Numbered from the stretch's first letter, positions 1 through 8,358 are shown. The stretch: DNA of 10,816 nt from Candidatus Nanohalobium sp. (GCA_042217545.1 JBDGSM010000030.1:1-10816); one strand, 5' to 3'. The notes: generated by a model not told the origin, from the letters alone. Numbers and translations are program-made.

Positions 1-211
1 ACTTGCAAGACGAAACCATTCGTCCCACAGAGGTTTCCAGTGTCCACAAGCGTAATTTCAGCCCTGCCCGTGCTTACAAAAACCATTATAGCTCGGAAAT
101 TTTTTATTTCTGGCGATTCATCACACTACCTTATCCTTCGGATGAGGAAGGCGACTTCTCGCCAAGGAGTTAAAATGAAGATGGAGAAATGAGGGTGTTG
201 TGAGGCCTTTT

Positions 212-943
212 TTACTGTACTCCGAGTGCTTTTCTGAATAGGTAGGATAGTGGCATCATGAGTATCAGGTAGAATCCCAGCCAGTTGACTGCGTTTCCGA
301 CTAAGGGATAGTTTCCTGGTAACGGTATGAATACTGCGTTGATGCTGAGCTTGGCGTCCGAGTTGCTTCCGCTAGGGGATTTCATGAAGTTCATGACTTC
401 CCAGGTTATTCCGTGTGTCTTGAAGTTCTGGTGGAGCTTGGCCTGCTGTCCGTCGAACTTGATAACTGGTTCGGATTTGTTCACCACCTGTATCTGTGAT
501 ACCTGGCCTGCGTAGCTTATGTTTCCTGTGAATGTGTGGTTGCCTGTGCTGTGGAGGCCTACGGTAGGTGAGTAGGTGGATCCGAGCCATGGGAAGATGA
601 ATGCGACGAATATCATTGTGGCTATCATCGGTTTGAAGTTCAGCATCATGAACTTCTGGTTTAGTTTCAGGGTCTTCGACATGTGTTTCGAGGCCTTGTC
701 ACTTTCGTCGTTCTGCCTTGCTTCCTTCATCTTGTCCTGGTGGTGTTCCAGTTTCTCCTTGATTTCGTCTGCTCTGTCTGTGTCCAGCAGCCACCAGTAG
801 ATCAGGGAAAATATTCCTGCGAGGGCTGCGGAGAAGAATCCGAGCGATACGTATGGCCCCATTGCGAGCAGCGGCTGGAAAAACGAGTCGTAAAAAGTGT
901 ACAGCGGGGTTAGTAGTGCTGCGAACTGTATGCCGAATACCAT
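212..943 (-). CDS. DUF106 / EMC3-TMCO1-like (Oxa1 superfamily) membrane protein insertase
   Basis: 243 aa: N-terminal TM, coiled coil (DRADEIKEKLEHHQDKMKEARQ), second TM after NFKPMIATM, C-terminal WLGFYLIL...RKALG. This family typically lies downstream of secY in archaea. Confidence 0.88.
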   Translation of the reverse strand: MVFGIQFAALLTPLYTFYDSFFQPLLAMGPYVSLGFFSAALAGIFSLIYWWLLDTDRADEIKEKLEHHQDKMKEARQNDESDKASKHMSKTLKLNQKFMMLNFKPMIATMIFVAFIFPWLGSTYSPTVGLHSTGNHTFTGNISYAGQVSQIQVVNKSEPVIKFDGQQAKLHQNFKTHGITWEVMNFMKSPSGSNSDAKLSINAVFIPLPGNYPLVGNAVNWLGFYLILMMPLSYLFRKALGVQ

Positions 944-967
944 ATAGAAGGAACTGCTTTACGAATA

Positions 968-975
968 CTTTTAAA
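968..975 (-). promoter_or_regulatory. TATA box (TTTAAAAG) for a probably leaderless DUF106 transcript
   Basis: Minus-strand TTTAAAAG ends 24 nt before the ATG at 943, and there is no SD upstream of that ATG. This spacing is typical of haloarchaeal leaderless mRNAs. Confidence 0.65.
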
Positions 976-1007
976 CTGAGGCCTTCACCGTGGATTTTTT
1001 GTGACTT

Positions 1008-1037
1008 AGAGGTAAAGAGAGGGGGAGGGGATATGTG
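1008..1037 (-). terminator. Putative pyrimidine-rich terminator downstream of secY
   Basis: The mRNA strand reads CACATATCCCCTCCCCCTCTCTTTACCTCT starting 16 nt after the secY stop and ends before the DUF106 promoter. Confidence 0.4.
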
Positions 1038-1053
1038 TTGCTGGCACGTTTAT

Positions 1054-2463
1054 TTACTGGATGAAGTCCTTGAGAGCTGGGTGGAGTTCCTCCATGTGTT
1101 TCTGTGCCAGTTCCTCGTATAGCTGGTAGAGGATCATGACTGTGAGCAGGATTCCTGTTCCCCCTCCTGCTGCCTGTGTCATGTTGGCGAGTGATGCGAG
1201 GAGGCCGATTGTGAGGCCTGATAGGACTGTTAGGCCTGGGATGTATCGGTTGAGGACCTTCTTGATTATTCTCTTGTCTTTTCTGAATCCTGGTACTTTC
1301 ATTCCTGTGTTCTGTATCTGTTGTGCGACGCTGTCGGCGTCCTGTCCGCTGGTTTTTACCCAGAAGATTGAGAACATGACTGATCCGAAGGCGTATACTG
1401 ATAGGTAGAACAGTACGTGGAACAGGCTTCCTGTTCCGAAGAGCTGGATATTTCCGAAACCTGATGTTAGGAGTGTTGTTACGAATCCTGTTGGTGCTGT
1501 GAGCCATGCTACGAGTCCTGTGCTTGCTCTTCCCTGGCTCATGCATCCGAGGATTGTGCATCCGTTCTTTCCTGCGAGGACTGTTGCCACGATCTGTAGG
1601 TTGGATATGAGTGCTGCTACGAGGATGACCGGCATGTTGCTTGTGTATAGGAATTTGAGAGGCCATTTTTGTCCGAATCCTCGGGCGTTTCCGAAGGTCA
1701 GCGGTATTTCGACTTTCATGGATTGCAGGTATACTACTGCTGCGAAGACTGCGATTGTTGAGATTATTGGTAGAATTGCTACTAGTTCGTAGCTCTGGAT
1801 GAATCTGAAGATTGCTCCTGCTGGTTTTCCTCCCTGGATCATCCAGTAGAGTTTTGGATGAGCTGTTGTTGTGAGTGGGGAGATGGCTCTTACGAATATT
1901 GCTTTTGATACTCCTGATGCGATGAATAGGCCTGTTCCTGATCCGAATCCCCATTTCTGGACTAGGTCGTCCATGAGTATGACCATTATTCCTCCCAGTG
2001 CGATCTGTGCTACGAGGATGCCGAATATGAATGGATCTCCGATTACGTTTCCGAATGTTCCGGATGCTACGTATCCGAAGGCTTCTACTACGGATAGTGT
2101 CCATGCTAGTATTTTCTGTGCGGACTGGAATTTCTGTTTTCCTTCCTGGGTGTTGGTGTCCCATGGAAGTAGTTCTGATCCTACCATCATCTGAAGGACG
2201 ATGGATGCTGTTACTATTGGTCCGATTCCGAGCGTGATTATGGATCCGATCTGTGCTCCTAGAAGTGTCTGGAATGTCCTTAGTTGCTGGAGGGCGTTTT
2301 GAACTGACTGTGCGCTTCCTCCGTACAGATCTATGGATCCGAGTGTGAAGTAAAGTACGAGAACAATACCGGTCCATGTGAGCATCTCTTTTAGTGACTG
2401 TTCTTTTTCCGGTTCTTCTATACCGGGAAGATAGGATGCTATCTGGACCAGTGTCGAAGCCAT
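1054..2463 (-). CDS. secY: Preprotein translocase subunit SecY
   Basis: 469 aa multi-TM protein with GSIITLGIGPIVTASIVLQ, KWGFGSGTGLFIA, PLKFLYTSNMPVIL, PGFR, RYIP and GTGILLTV motifs; follows rpl15. Confidence 0.99.
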   Translation of the reverse strand: MASTLVQIASYLPGIEEPEKEQSLKEMLTWTGIVLVLYFTLGSIDLYGGSAQSVQNALQQLRTFQTLLGAQIGSIITLGIGPIVTASIVLQMMVGSELLPWDTNTQEGKQKFQSAQKILAWTLSVVEAFGYVASGTFGNVIGDPFIFGILVAQIALGGIMVILMDDLVQKWGFGSGTGLFIASGVSKAIFVRAISPLTTTAHPKLYWMIQGGKPAGAIFRFIQSYELVAILPIISTIAVFAAVVYLQSMKVEIPLTFGNARGFGQKWPLKFLYTSNMPVILVAALISNLQIVATVLAGKNGCTILGCMSQGRASTGLVAWLTAPTGFVTTLLTSGFGNIQLFGTGSLFHVLFYLSVYAFGSVMFSIFWVKTSGQDADSVAQQIQNTGMKVPGFRKDKRIIKKVLNRYIPGLTVLSGLTIGLLASLANMTQAAGGGTGILLTVMILYQLYEELAQKHMEELHPALKDFIQ

Positions 2464-2466
2464 TGA

Positions 2467-2898
2467 TTATTCTTCCTCTACTACTGCTTCTCCGTCTGAT
2501 TCTTCTATTTTCCTTTGCGCAGAGTCGGAGAAACTTTCCGCGTGGATCTCGATCTCTTTGGTGAGTTTTCCTGTACCCAGTACTTTTTCGTATCCAAGGT
2601 CGCTGAGGTCGACGATGAAACGTCCGTCTTTTTCCTCTGCAAGGCCTGCTTCGACCAGTTCTTCGATTCTCTGGTCGATGTCGCGTAGGTTGAGGCCATT
2701 CTGCTCGTTTTCTTCGAAGGGTGTGAACCCGTGTTCTCCCATTTCTTTGAGGCCTTCCTTTGTCATCCTGTTGTGGCTTGCTTTCTTTCCCGAGCCTGCT
2801 TTTCCTCTGCCACCGCGGCTTCCTGCTCCTCTGTTCTTCTTGGAGCTTCCGTATCCGTGGCTTCCTGACTTGTTCTTCTTGGATCTTCTCTTGGTCAT
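2467..2898 (-). CDS. rpl15: 50S ribosomal protein uL15
   Basis: HGYG..KKNRGAGSRGGRGKAG, KVLGTG and FSDSAQRKIE motifs. Start moved from the GTG at 2907 to the ATG at 2898 because AGGTGA (SD) precedes it. Confidence 0.97.
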   Translation of the reverse strand: MTKRRSKKNKSGSHGYGSSKKNRGAGSRGGRGKAGSGKKASHNRMTKEGLKEMGEHGFTPFEENEQNGLNLRDIDQRIEELVEAGLAEEKDGRFIVDLSDLGYEKVLGTGKLTKEIEIHAESFSDSAQRKIEESDGEAVVEEE

Positions 2899-2910
2899 GA
2901 AACTCACCTG

Positions 2911-3258
2911 TTATACCATTCTTTTGATCAGGTCGTTCATTTCGTCTCTTTCTCCGAGGCTTCCGCCCTGTCCGACCTGTTGACGTGTGTTTTTGTATCC
3001 TCTGGTTGGAGGACTGAGTTTTACTGTGTCTCCTGTATCAAGGTTTCTACCCGAGGCTTCTTCAAGCTTTTCTACAGTTTCATCGCTTATTTCTCCGAAT
3101 GTTATGTAGTCTTTTGCGACGGATAGCTGTCCTCTGATAGCATCGTTGTCTTCAAGGAGTACAAGCTGGTTTCTCTTGTTGAGTCCGAGGTGCTGGAGGG
3201 AGTGTTTCGCCTTTTTTCTTGCGTCTACTGTTCCTCTGATCTGTACTGCGGCGATCAT
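2911..3258 (-). CDS. rpl30: 50S ribosomal protein uL30 (shortened archaeal form)
   Basis: AAVQIRG, DYITFGE, LSPPTRGY, GGSLGER and LIKRM motifs; lies between rps5 and rpl15. Confidence 0.95.
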   Translation of the reverse strand: MIAAVQIRGTVDARKKAKHSLQHLGLNKRNQLVLLEDNDAIRGQLSVAKDYITFGEISDETVEKLEEASGRNLDTGDTVKLSPPTRGYKNTRQQVGQGGSLGERDEMNDLIKRMV

Positions 3259-3926
3259 TATTCGATGTCACCTCTCTTGTATTCGTTGATTTTCTTCAGG
3301 GCGTTGAATGTTGCTCTGATCAGGTTTTCTCTTGTACGTGTTTTTCCTCTTGCCTGTACCCATACGTCCTGGATTCCTCCTAGTTCGAGGATCTTTTTGA
3401 CTTCGTCGCTTGCTGCGAGGCCTGTTCCTTTAGGTGCTGGCTTGAGTGTTACTGTTACCGAACCTGATTTACCGGTTACTTCGAGTGGGACTGTGTGGTC
3501 TGTTCCGCATCCGCATTCCCAGCTTCCGCATCCTTTGCTGATTTCTATCAGGTTGAGCTTTGCTTTCCTGTTTGCGTCGTCGATCGCTGCACGGGTGTCA
3601 TCTGATTCTCCCATGCCGAGGCCTATGACGTTCCTGCGGTTTCCGAGGACGGTCATGGCTTTGCTGTTGTATCTTGCCCCTGATTTATGCATTCTTGCTG
3701 TTCTCTTGGAGACTGTTCTTCTCTTGCCTCCTCCTTTTCCTGGTGTTCCTCCGATGAGGATTACTTCTTCGTCCAGGTCTGTGAGCTGGTCGACGATCTC
3801 CGGCTCCATGATTTTTTTCTGTGAGTTAAGTGCTTCTTCGATGCTGGAGATCTGTCCCTGTGCTACTTTTCTTCCTAGTTCTGTCTTTGGTTTCCAGATC
3901 TCTTCTTCCTGTTCCTGTTCGCTCAC
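3258..3926 (-). CDS. rps5: 30S ribosomal protein uS5
   Basis: WKPKTELGRKV, GCGSWECGCG, HTVP..VTGKSGSV, PAPKGTGL and TFNAL motifs. GTG start overlaps the rpl18 stop. Confidence 0.98.
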   Translation of the reverse strand: MSEQEQEEEIWKPKTELGRKVAQGQISSIEEALNSQKKIMEPEIVDQLTDLDEEVILIGGTPGKGGGKRRTVSKRTARMHKSGARYNSKAMTVLGNRRNVIGLGMGESDDTRAAIDDANRKAKLNLIEISKGCGSWECGCGTDHTVPLEVTGKSGSVTVTLKPAPKGTGLAASDEVKKILELGGIQDVWVQARGKTRTRENLIRATFNALKKINEYKRGDIE

Positions 3927-4429
3927 TTGAAATCACCGATTTCTTCTTTTGTTTCTTCAAAGTTTTCTACTATGTCTGTGTCTTTCATTTCTGCGATGTG
4001 TTCTCCTTTGATTCTTTCTTCCTGTGGGAAGACTTCTTCTCCTGCTGGAACGTTGAGGCCTGCATCGTTCATTCCTTTGACTGCTGCGAAGACTCTGCCT
4101 CCTGCTTTCTTTTCTCTGAGGCCTAGGTCCAGGATTGCTTCTTCTTCGTCTGCGCGTTTGCCTGTTAGGTATCCTGTTAGGTATGCGGCAGGGAGGTTTC
4201 CTGTGTTGTGTTCCCATCCGTATTCTTCGAGGTCTTTGCTGCTTGTCTGTGCCTTGTTCTCGTCGCCTTCAGGCTTGAACTGTGAGATGTGGGCCTTAGT
4301 ATGTTTGTTGCTTGTTCTGATTACTACTCGTGGCTTTCCTGATTTGACAAGTTTCTCTCTCTGCTGGTAATCAGTTTTCTGTTCTCTTCTTCTCCTGTGC
4401 GGTACTTTGTAGTTTGATGTGTCTGCCAT
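3923..4429 (-). CDS. rpl18: 50S ribosomal protein uL18
   Basis: RRRREQKTDY, KPRVVIRTSNKH, GNLPAAYLTGYL, ILDLGL and GLNVP motifs. Confidence 0.98.
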   Translation of the reverse strand: MADTSNYKVPHRRRREQKTDYQQREKLVKSGKPRVVIRTSNKHTKAHISQFKPEGDENKAQTSSKDLEEYGWEHNTGNLPAAYLTGYLTGKRADEEEAILDLGLREKKAGGRVFAAVKGMNDAGLNVPAGEEVFPQEERIKGEHIAEMKDTDIVENFEETKEEIGDFK

Positions 4430-4435
4430 TGGTGA

Positions 4436-4879
4436 TCACTCGAGTTTGTTCTCGACGTGGTTTTCGAGGTGTTTTGTGTCTCTGAAGAATCCTCCTTTGG
4501 ACATGTCGTAGAGCTTGCGGTACTGTTCCTGTGTGATTTCTTCGTTGTCTCGCATCTCTTTGAGTCTTTTCCTGATCGCTCTGATCTTTTCCATCCATTG
4601 CTGTTTGGAGGATTTTCTTGCGGTTTTTCTTCCTTCCCTGCTTCCCTGGCCTTTCTGACGGCCTTTCTGTTTCTGTTTTTTGTTCTTCCTGCTTCTGCCT
4701 TTGGAGGTTCCTTTCTGTTTCTGTTTCTGGATGGCTCCGGATTCTACAAGGTTTCTGATGTCCTGCCTGGTGATTGCTTCTTCTACTCTTTCCATCTGTT
4801 CTGGGTCGATCCAGACACGGTTCTTTCCGATGTTCATTACTTCTGCTGCCATCCTCTTCTGACTCTTAAGATCCGTCAT
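4436..4879 (-). CDS. rpl19e: 50S ribosomal protein eL19
   Basis: LKSQKRMAAEV, RVWIDP, AITRQDIRNL, WMEKIRAIR and YRKLYDMSKGGFF motifs. Confidence 0.98.
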   Translation of the reverse strand: MTDLKSQKRMAAEVMNIGKNRVWIDPEQMERVEEAITRQDIRNLVESGAIQKQKQKGTSKGRSRKNKKQKQKGRQKGQGSREGRKTARKSSKQQWMEKIRAIRKRLKEMRDNEEITQEQYRKLYDMSKGGFFRDTKHLENHVENKLE

Positions 4880-5226
4880 TCTTCGTCACCTCTGTTCAGT
4901 ACGTGAATATCGTTTTCATCTGCTTCTTCGATAATATCTGCTCGCTTTCTTCCGCCGACTGTTGATCCGATCCTTGCTGCTTCTGTCTCGGGATCGATCT
5001 CTTCCAGATCGTTGGTGTTGTGTACAAGCACTTCTTCGTATCCTGAAGGGTGGAGGCCTCTGATCTGTTTCGGCGTCCTGTCTCCTACGGTAGGCATAGG
5101 CTTTGCTGATTTCAGCTTCAGTCTTACCTTGCTGTGTCCTCCGACAGGCTTTCTCCATGACGTGTTCTTCAGCTTGCTGTGCTTGTGCTTCTGCTGTCTC
5201 TTGAACTCTCTTTTCTTCTTATTCAT
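4876..5226 (-). CDS. rpl32e: 50S ribosomal protein eL32
   Basis: FKRQ, SWRKPVGGHSKVR, RGLHPSGYEEVLVHN and RIGSTVGGRKR motifs. Confidence 0.98.
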   Translation of the reverse strand: MNKKKREFKRQQKHKHSKLKNTSWRKPVGGHSKVRLKLKSAKPMPTVGDRTPKQIRGLHPSGYEEVLVHNTNDLEEIDPETEAARIGSTVGGRKRADIIEEADENDIHVLNRGDEE

Positions 5227-5752
5227 TTGTATCTACCTCTGTGATGTAGACGCCGTCCTGGAATGTTCTTGGGTCTCTGTCGCCTTTCTTGCAGAGCTGT
5301 TCGATCCTTGCTGCGGTCTGGCTTACTTTGTCCTTGTCCGCTCCTGTCAGTGTTAGATCTTCGCCGTCTACTTTGACCGTTACTCCTTCAAGGATGTCTG
5401 CGGTTCGTGGGTTTCTTTCGCCCATGAAGTTTTCGATGACTATCTGGTTGTTTTCCTGTTTGATTGTCATCGGGAAGTGTGCGTATACTCCCTTCATCTT
5501 GTATACGTGCGGTTCCTGAAGGCCTTCGACCAGGTTTCTTACGTGGCTCTGGTACGTGCCCAGGATGCTTGTAATATTTCTCTTTGTGGATCTTGTGGAG
5601 AATGTTACTCCGTCGTCCTCTACTTCTACGTCGATCATTGCGTGCTCCAGTTTCTTCGAGACTTCCTCTCCGTTGCCCTCGACTGTGAGAACTCCGTCTT
5701 CGTATGAGGCCTCGAAGTCTTCTGGGATTTCTGCTGTGATTTCTTCTGTCAT
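5219..5752 (-). CDS. rpl6: 50S ribosomal protein uL6
   Basis: VYAHFPM, IENFMGER, VSQTAARIEQ and RDPRTFQDGVYI motifs. Confidence 0.98.
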   Translation of the reverse strand: MTEEITAEIPEDFEASYEDGVLTVEGNGEEVSKKLEHAMIDVEVEDDGVTFSTRSTKRNITSILGTYQSHVRNLVEGLQEPHVYKMKGVYAHFPMTIKQENNQIVIENFMGERNPRTADILEGVTVKVDGEDLTLTGADKDKVSQTAARIEQLCKKGDRDPRTFQDGVYITEVDTNE

Positions 5753-5764
5753 TTTTTGATCACT

Positions 5765-6154
5765 TCAGTAGACGTATCCGAGGAGTTTTCCTCCGACGTC
5801 TTCTTCTCTTGCTTTTGAATGGGTCATTACTCCTTTGCTGGTTGTTACCAGGATTTCTCCGAATCCCTGTGCTGGGAGGTATCTCTTTGCCCATTTCTCG
5901 TACTCATCGTTCTGGACCGAGAAGTTTGGCTTTACAGGCTGGCATTCGTTGATCTGTGGCTTGACTTCTACCTTGAACTTGTCTCCCTGTCCGTCTTCTA
6001 CGAGTTCGAATACTCCTATGTATCCGAGCTGCTGTAGCTCGATCAGTACGTTCTTGACAAGGTTGCTCGTAGGCGAGATCATCGCGTGAGTCTTTCCCTG
6101 TCTTGCTGCATTGTTGATTGAACTTAGTGCGTCGCTCAGTGTATCATGTTGCAT
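5765..6154 (-). CDS. rps8: 30S ribosomal protein uS8
   Basis: DTLSDALSSINNA, RYLPAQGFG, VTTSKGVMTH and GGKLLGYVY motifs. Confidence 0.98.
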   Translation of the reverse strand: MQHDTLSDALSSINNAARQGKTHAMISPTSNLVKNVLIELQQLGYIGVFELVEDGQGDKFKVEVKPQINECQPVKPNFSVQNDEYEKWAKRYLPAQGFGEILVTTSKGVMTHSKAREEDVGGKLLGYVY

Positions 6155-6168
6155 TTACTTTGTCACCT

Positions 6169-6393
6169 CTATTTCAGTTGCTCGAAGCCTAGTTCTTCTG
6201 CGATTTCTCGGAAGCACTGCCTGCAGTAGTCAAGGCCGTACTTGGAGATTACTCCTCTGCCTGTTCTGCCGCATCTTCTGCACTCTTTCTTTTCCTTGCC
6301 GAAGTCTCTTTCCTTTGGTGCGTTGTGCTTTTCGAATTTCTCTCTTTTTCCTTTTTTGTGCTTGATCTGGTCAAGTACTGCTTCGTATGACAT
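6169..6393 (-). CDS. rps14: 30S ribosomal protein uS14 (zinc-binding, N-terminally extended)
   Basis: CRRCG...[13 protein letters not shown]...GF motif; lies between rpl5 and rps8. Confidence 0.97.
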   Translation of the reverse strand: MSYEAVLDQIKHKKGKREKFEKHNAPKERDFGKEKKECRRCGRTGRGVISKYGLDYCRQCFREIAEELGFEQLK

Positions 6394-6396
6394 TTT

Positions 6397-6906
6397 TTAC
6401 TTCACCTCTGCTCCGAGCTCGTTTTCGACGAACTCCTTTGCCTCTTCATCGGAGACCTTGTGATCTTTTCCGATCTTTGAAGGCTTGTGGTCCCTCTTCT
6501 TGACCCTGTAGCCAGGTCTTTCAAGGACGACTGTGACTTCGAAACCTTTCATGCCGATGTCTGCGTCGTAGTCAACACCGGGAACATCGATGTATTCGGA
6601 GATTCCGAAGGAAAAGTTTCCGTTGCTATCGAATGCGTCAGCGCTGATCTGGTTGTCTGCCGCGGGCAGGACTTTTTCCAGAAGGTCTCTGGCTTTTTCG
6701 CCTCTGAGGGTTACTGAAGCTCCTACGTTGAGGCCTTCTCTTAGTCCGAAGCTTTTTGCTTCTTCTTTGGACTGTACTCTGATAGGTTCCTGGCCTGTAA
6801 GTTTCTCTACCAGTTTGAAGGCCTTTTCTACGTCGTCTCCTACCTGTCCTGATGAGATGTTGACTGATACCTTGCTGATCTCGATCTGTTTCATTTCCTG
6901 GCTCAT
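6397..6906 (-). CDS. rpl5: 50S ribosomal protein uL5
   Basis: LTGQEP, FGLREG, VTLRG, FDSNGNFSFGISEYID, YDADIG and RPGYRV motifs. Confidence 0.98.
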   Translation of the reverse strand: MSQEMKQIEISKVSVNISSGQVGDDVEKAFKLVEKLTGQEPIRVQSKEEAKSFGLREGLNVGASVTLRGEKARDLLEKVLPAADNQISADAFDSNGNFSFGISEYIDVPGVDYDADIGMKGFEVTVVLERPGYRVKKRDHKPSKIGKDHKVSDEEAKEFVENELGAEVK

Positions 6907-6908
6907 TC

Positions 6909-6954
6909 GAAAACACCTCTGGTGTTTCCTGGATCACGAAAATCTTCGATTTTC
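6909..6954. repeat. Intergenic double-hairpin element (rps4e-rpl5 spacer)
   Basis: AAACACC-TCT-GGTGTTT (6911-6927, contains the rpl5 SD GAGGTG on the minus strand) and GAAAATC-TTC-GATTTTC (6938-6954, overlaps the rps4e stop). Confidence 0.85.
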
Positions 6955-7615
6955 ATTGTTCGTCACCTAGTTCGATGTCTTTTACTGCTACAAGGTTTTC
7001 GAGCTGTGTTTCGAACTCGTATTCGCTTTCGACGTCTCCTGTGTCCTGGTCGAGGTTTCTTCTGTGGACTTCTTTGAGTTCTGCGACTTCTCCTGCGTGC
7101 TGTCCGGAGATTACAAGGACCTGTGCTCCTTCCTCTCTCTTGACTTCTTCTGCGTCGCCGTTGAGTAGAAGGCTGCTTCCTGTTTCGAAGCTTTCCTCTG
7201 TCCTGTAGTTGTCTCCGTTGTGAAGGTGGTAGACGAACTCTTCTCCTTCTGTTGCTTTCTCTTCGATCCTTGCGATCGTTTTTTCGGAGTCGTCTATTTC
7301 GACGAATCTGAGGTCGTCTCCTTCGATTATTACTCTGTAGGCCTCGTCTACTTCTTCGAGTGTTACTACGTCGAGTACGCCGATTCCTTCCTTGACGTCC
7401 CTGACTCTTTCGCCGTTTCTGAGTAGCTGGCCGTTTCTGATTATCTGTTTTGCTTCTTTTTCGCTTTCCGCGTATCCGGTTACGTCTCTCAGGAAGAGAA
7501 CTGCCGGGATAGCTGTTTCGCTGCTCCTGCTGCCTTTGATGCCTGAGACATAGCTGTAATGCTTTCTCTGGATCGGGTAGTGCTTTGGAGCAGAAAGTCT
7601 TTTCTGATGTGTCAT
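6953..7615 (-). CDS. rps4e: 30S ribosomal protein eS4
   Basis: HQKRLSAP, LFLRD..GYA, GIGVLDVV, LHNGDN and ISGQHAG motifs; lies between rpl24 and rpl5. Confidence 0.96.
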   Translation of the reverse strand: MTHQKRLSAPKHYPIQRKHYSYVSGIKGSRSSETAIPAVLFLRDVTGYAESEKEAKQIIRNGQLLRNGERVRDVKEGIGVLDVVTLEEVDEAYRVIIEGDDLRFVEIDDSEKTIARIEEKATEGEEFVYHLHNGDNYRTEESFETGSSLLLNGDAEEVKREEGAQVLVISGQHAGEVAELKEVHRRNLDQDTGDVESEYEFETQLENLVAVKDIELGDEQ

Positions 7616-8353
7616 CTAGTTGTCACCTTTCTCTTCTTCGTCTTCGGTTTTCTCGTCCGATTCGTCTTCTTCAGTTTCCTCTTCTTCTGATTCTTCAGAG
7701 TCGGATTCGTCTTCACTTTCTTCCTCTTCTTCAACTTCTTCGGAATCTGTTTCCTCTTCGGATCCTTCGAATTCTTCCTCGACTTCTTCTGTCTCTTCTT
7801 CAAGCTCTTCCATTTCTTCTTCCATCTCTTCAAGCTCTTCTTCGTCGATGTCCATGTCTTCCATGGACTGTCCTCCGCCCTGCATCTTCTGCATCATCTC
7901 GTTTGCTTCGTCTTCTTCTAGGGCTTCCTCGACTTCCTCGGAGTCGACCCGGATGTCGCTTGACTCGTCGATCTCGTATTTCTCTATCCTATCGTTTTTC
8001 TCAAGGTTCAAGGCCTGTGCCTGTAGGTTGGAAGGCCTGAAAGGTATTTCGCTTGTGGATCCATCCTGGCGTGTTACTTCGATGCCGTTGATGTAGACTT
8101 TTTCCTTCTGTCTGTCTATGTTTGAGACGATTCCTTCTGCGCCTTTCCTGTCTCCTCTCATTACTTTTACCCTATCTCCAAGGTTGAGGCTGATCGAACG
8201 TGCTCCGAGCTCTTCTCTTAGTGTCTCGGAAAGATTTACTGAGATAAGAGTATCTTTTACGTGCTGTGGAGCGTTTTCCCTGTATTTCCTCTGCTTCTGT
8301 GGGTTGGTGCTTGAGTTCCAGTCGTTGCTCCAGTTTTCAGTTGTATTTGACAT
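7616..8353 (-). CDS. rpl24: 50S ribosomal protein uL24 with ~120-aa acidic C-terminal extension
   Basis: SSTNPQKQRKY..NAP.H, KOW motif GDRVKVMRGDRKG and PFRPSNL, followed by an E/D/S-rich tail. Confidence 0.96.
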   Translation of the reverse strand: MSNTTENWSNDWNSSTNPQKQRKYRENAPQHVKDTLISVNLSETLREELGARSISLNLGDRVKVMRGDRKGAEGIVSNIDRQKEKVYINGIEVTRQDGSTSEIPFRPSNLQAQALNLEKNDRIEKYEIDESSDIRVDSEEVEEALEEDEANEMMQKMQGGGQSMEDMDIDEEELEEMEEEMEELEEETEEVEEEFEGSEEETDSEEVEEEEESEDESDSEESEEEETEEDESDEKTEDEEEKGDN

Positions 8354-8358
8354 TAGTT

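Noticed and set aside
1..40. GACGAAACC...GGTT resembling the 3' half of a hammerhead ribozyme
   Set aside because: The CUGANGA core is not in the window and the match is too short to support.
1..86. Minus-strand frame MVFVSTGRAEITLVDTGNLCGTNGFVLQ running off the window
   Set aside because: Too short, no clear SD, and no resemblance to rpl34e, cmk or rpl14e, which often follow DUF106.
95..115. GGAAATTTTTTATTTCTGGCG similar to 10611-10633
   Set aside because: Low-complexity gapped match, with the second copy mostly coding; likely chance.
971..2377. 468-aa Arg/His-rich minus-strand ORF overlapping secY
   Set aside because: Alternative frame of secY, open because T is scarce at third codon positions; no recognisable motifs.
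7625..7850. TCT/TCTTC tandem-like repeats
   Set aside because: Explained by poly-Glu codons of the uL24 tail; not a CRISPR array or satellite.
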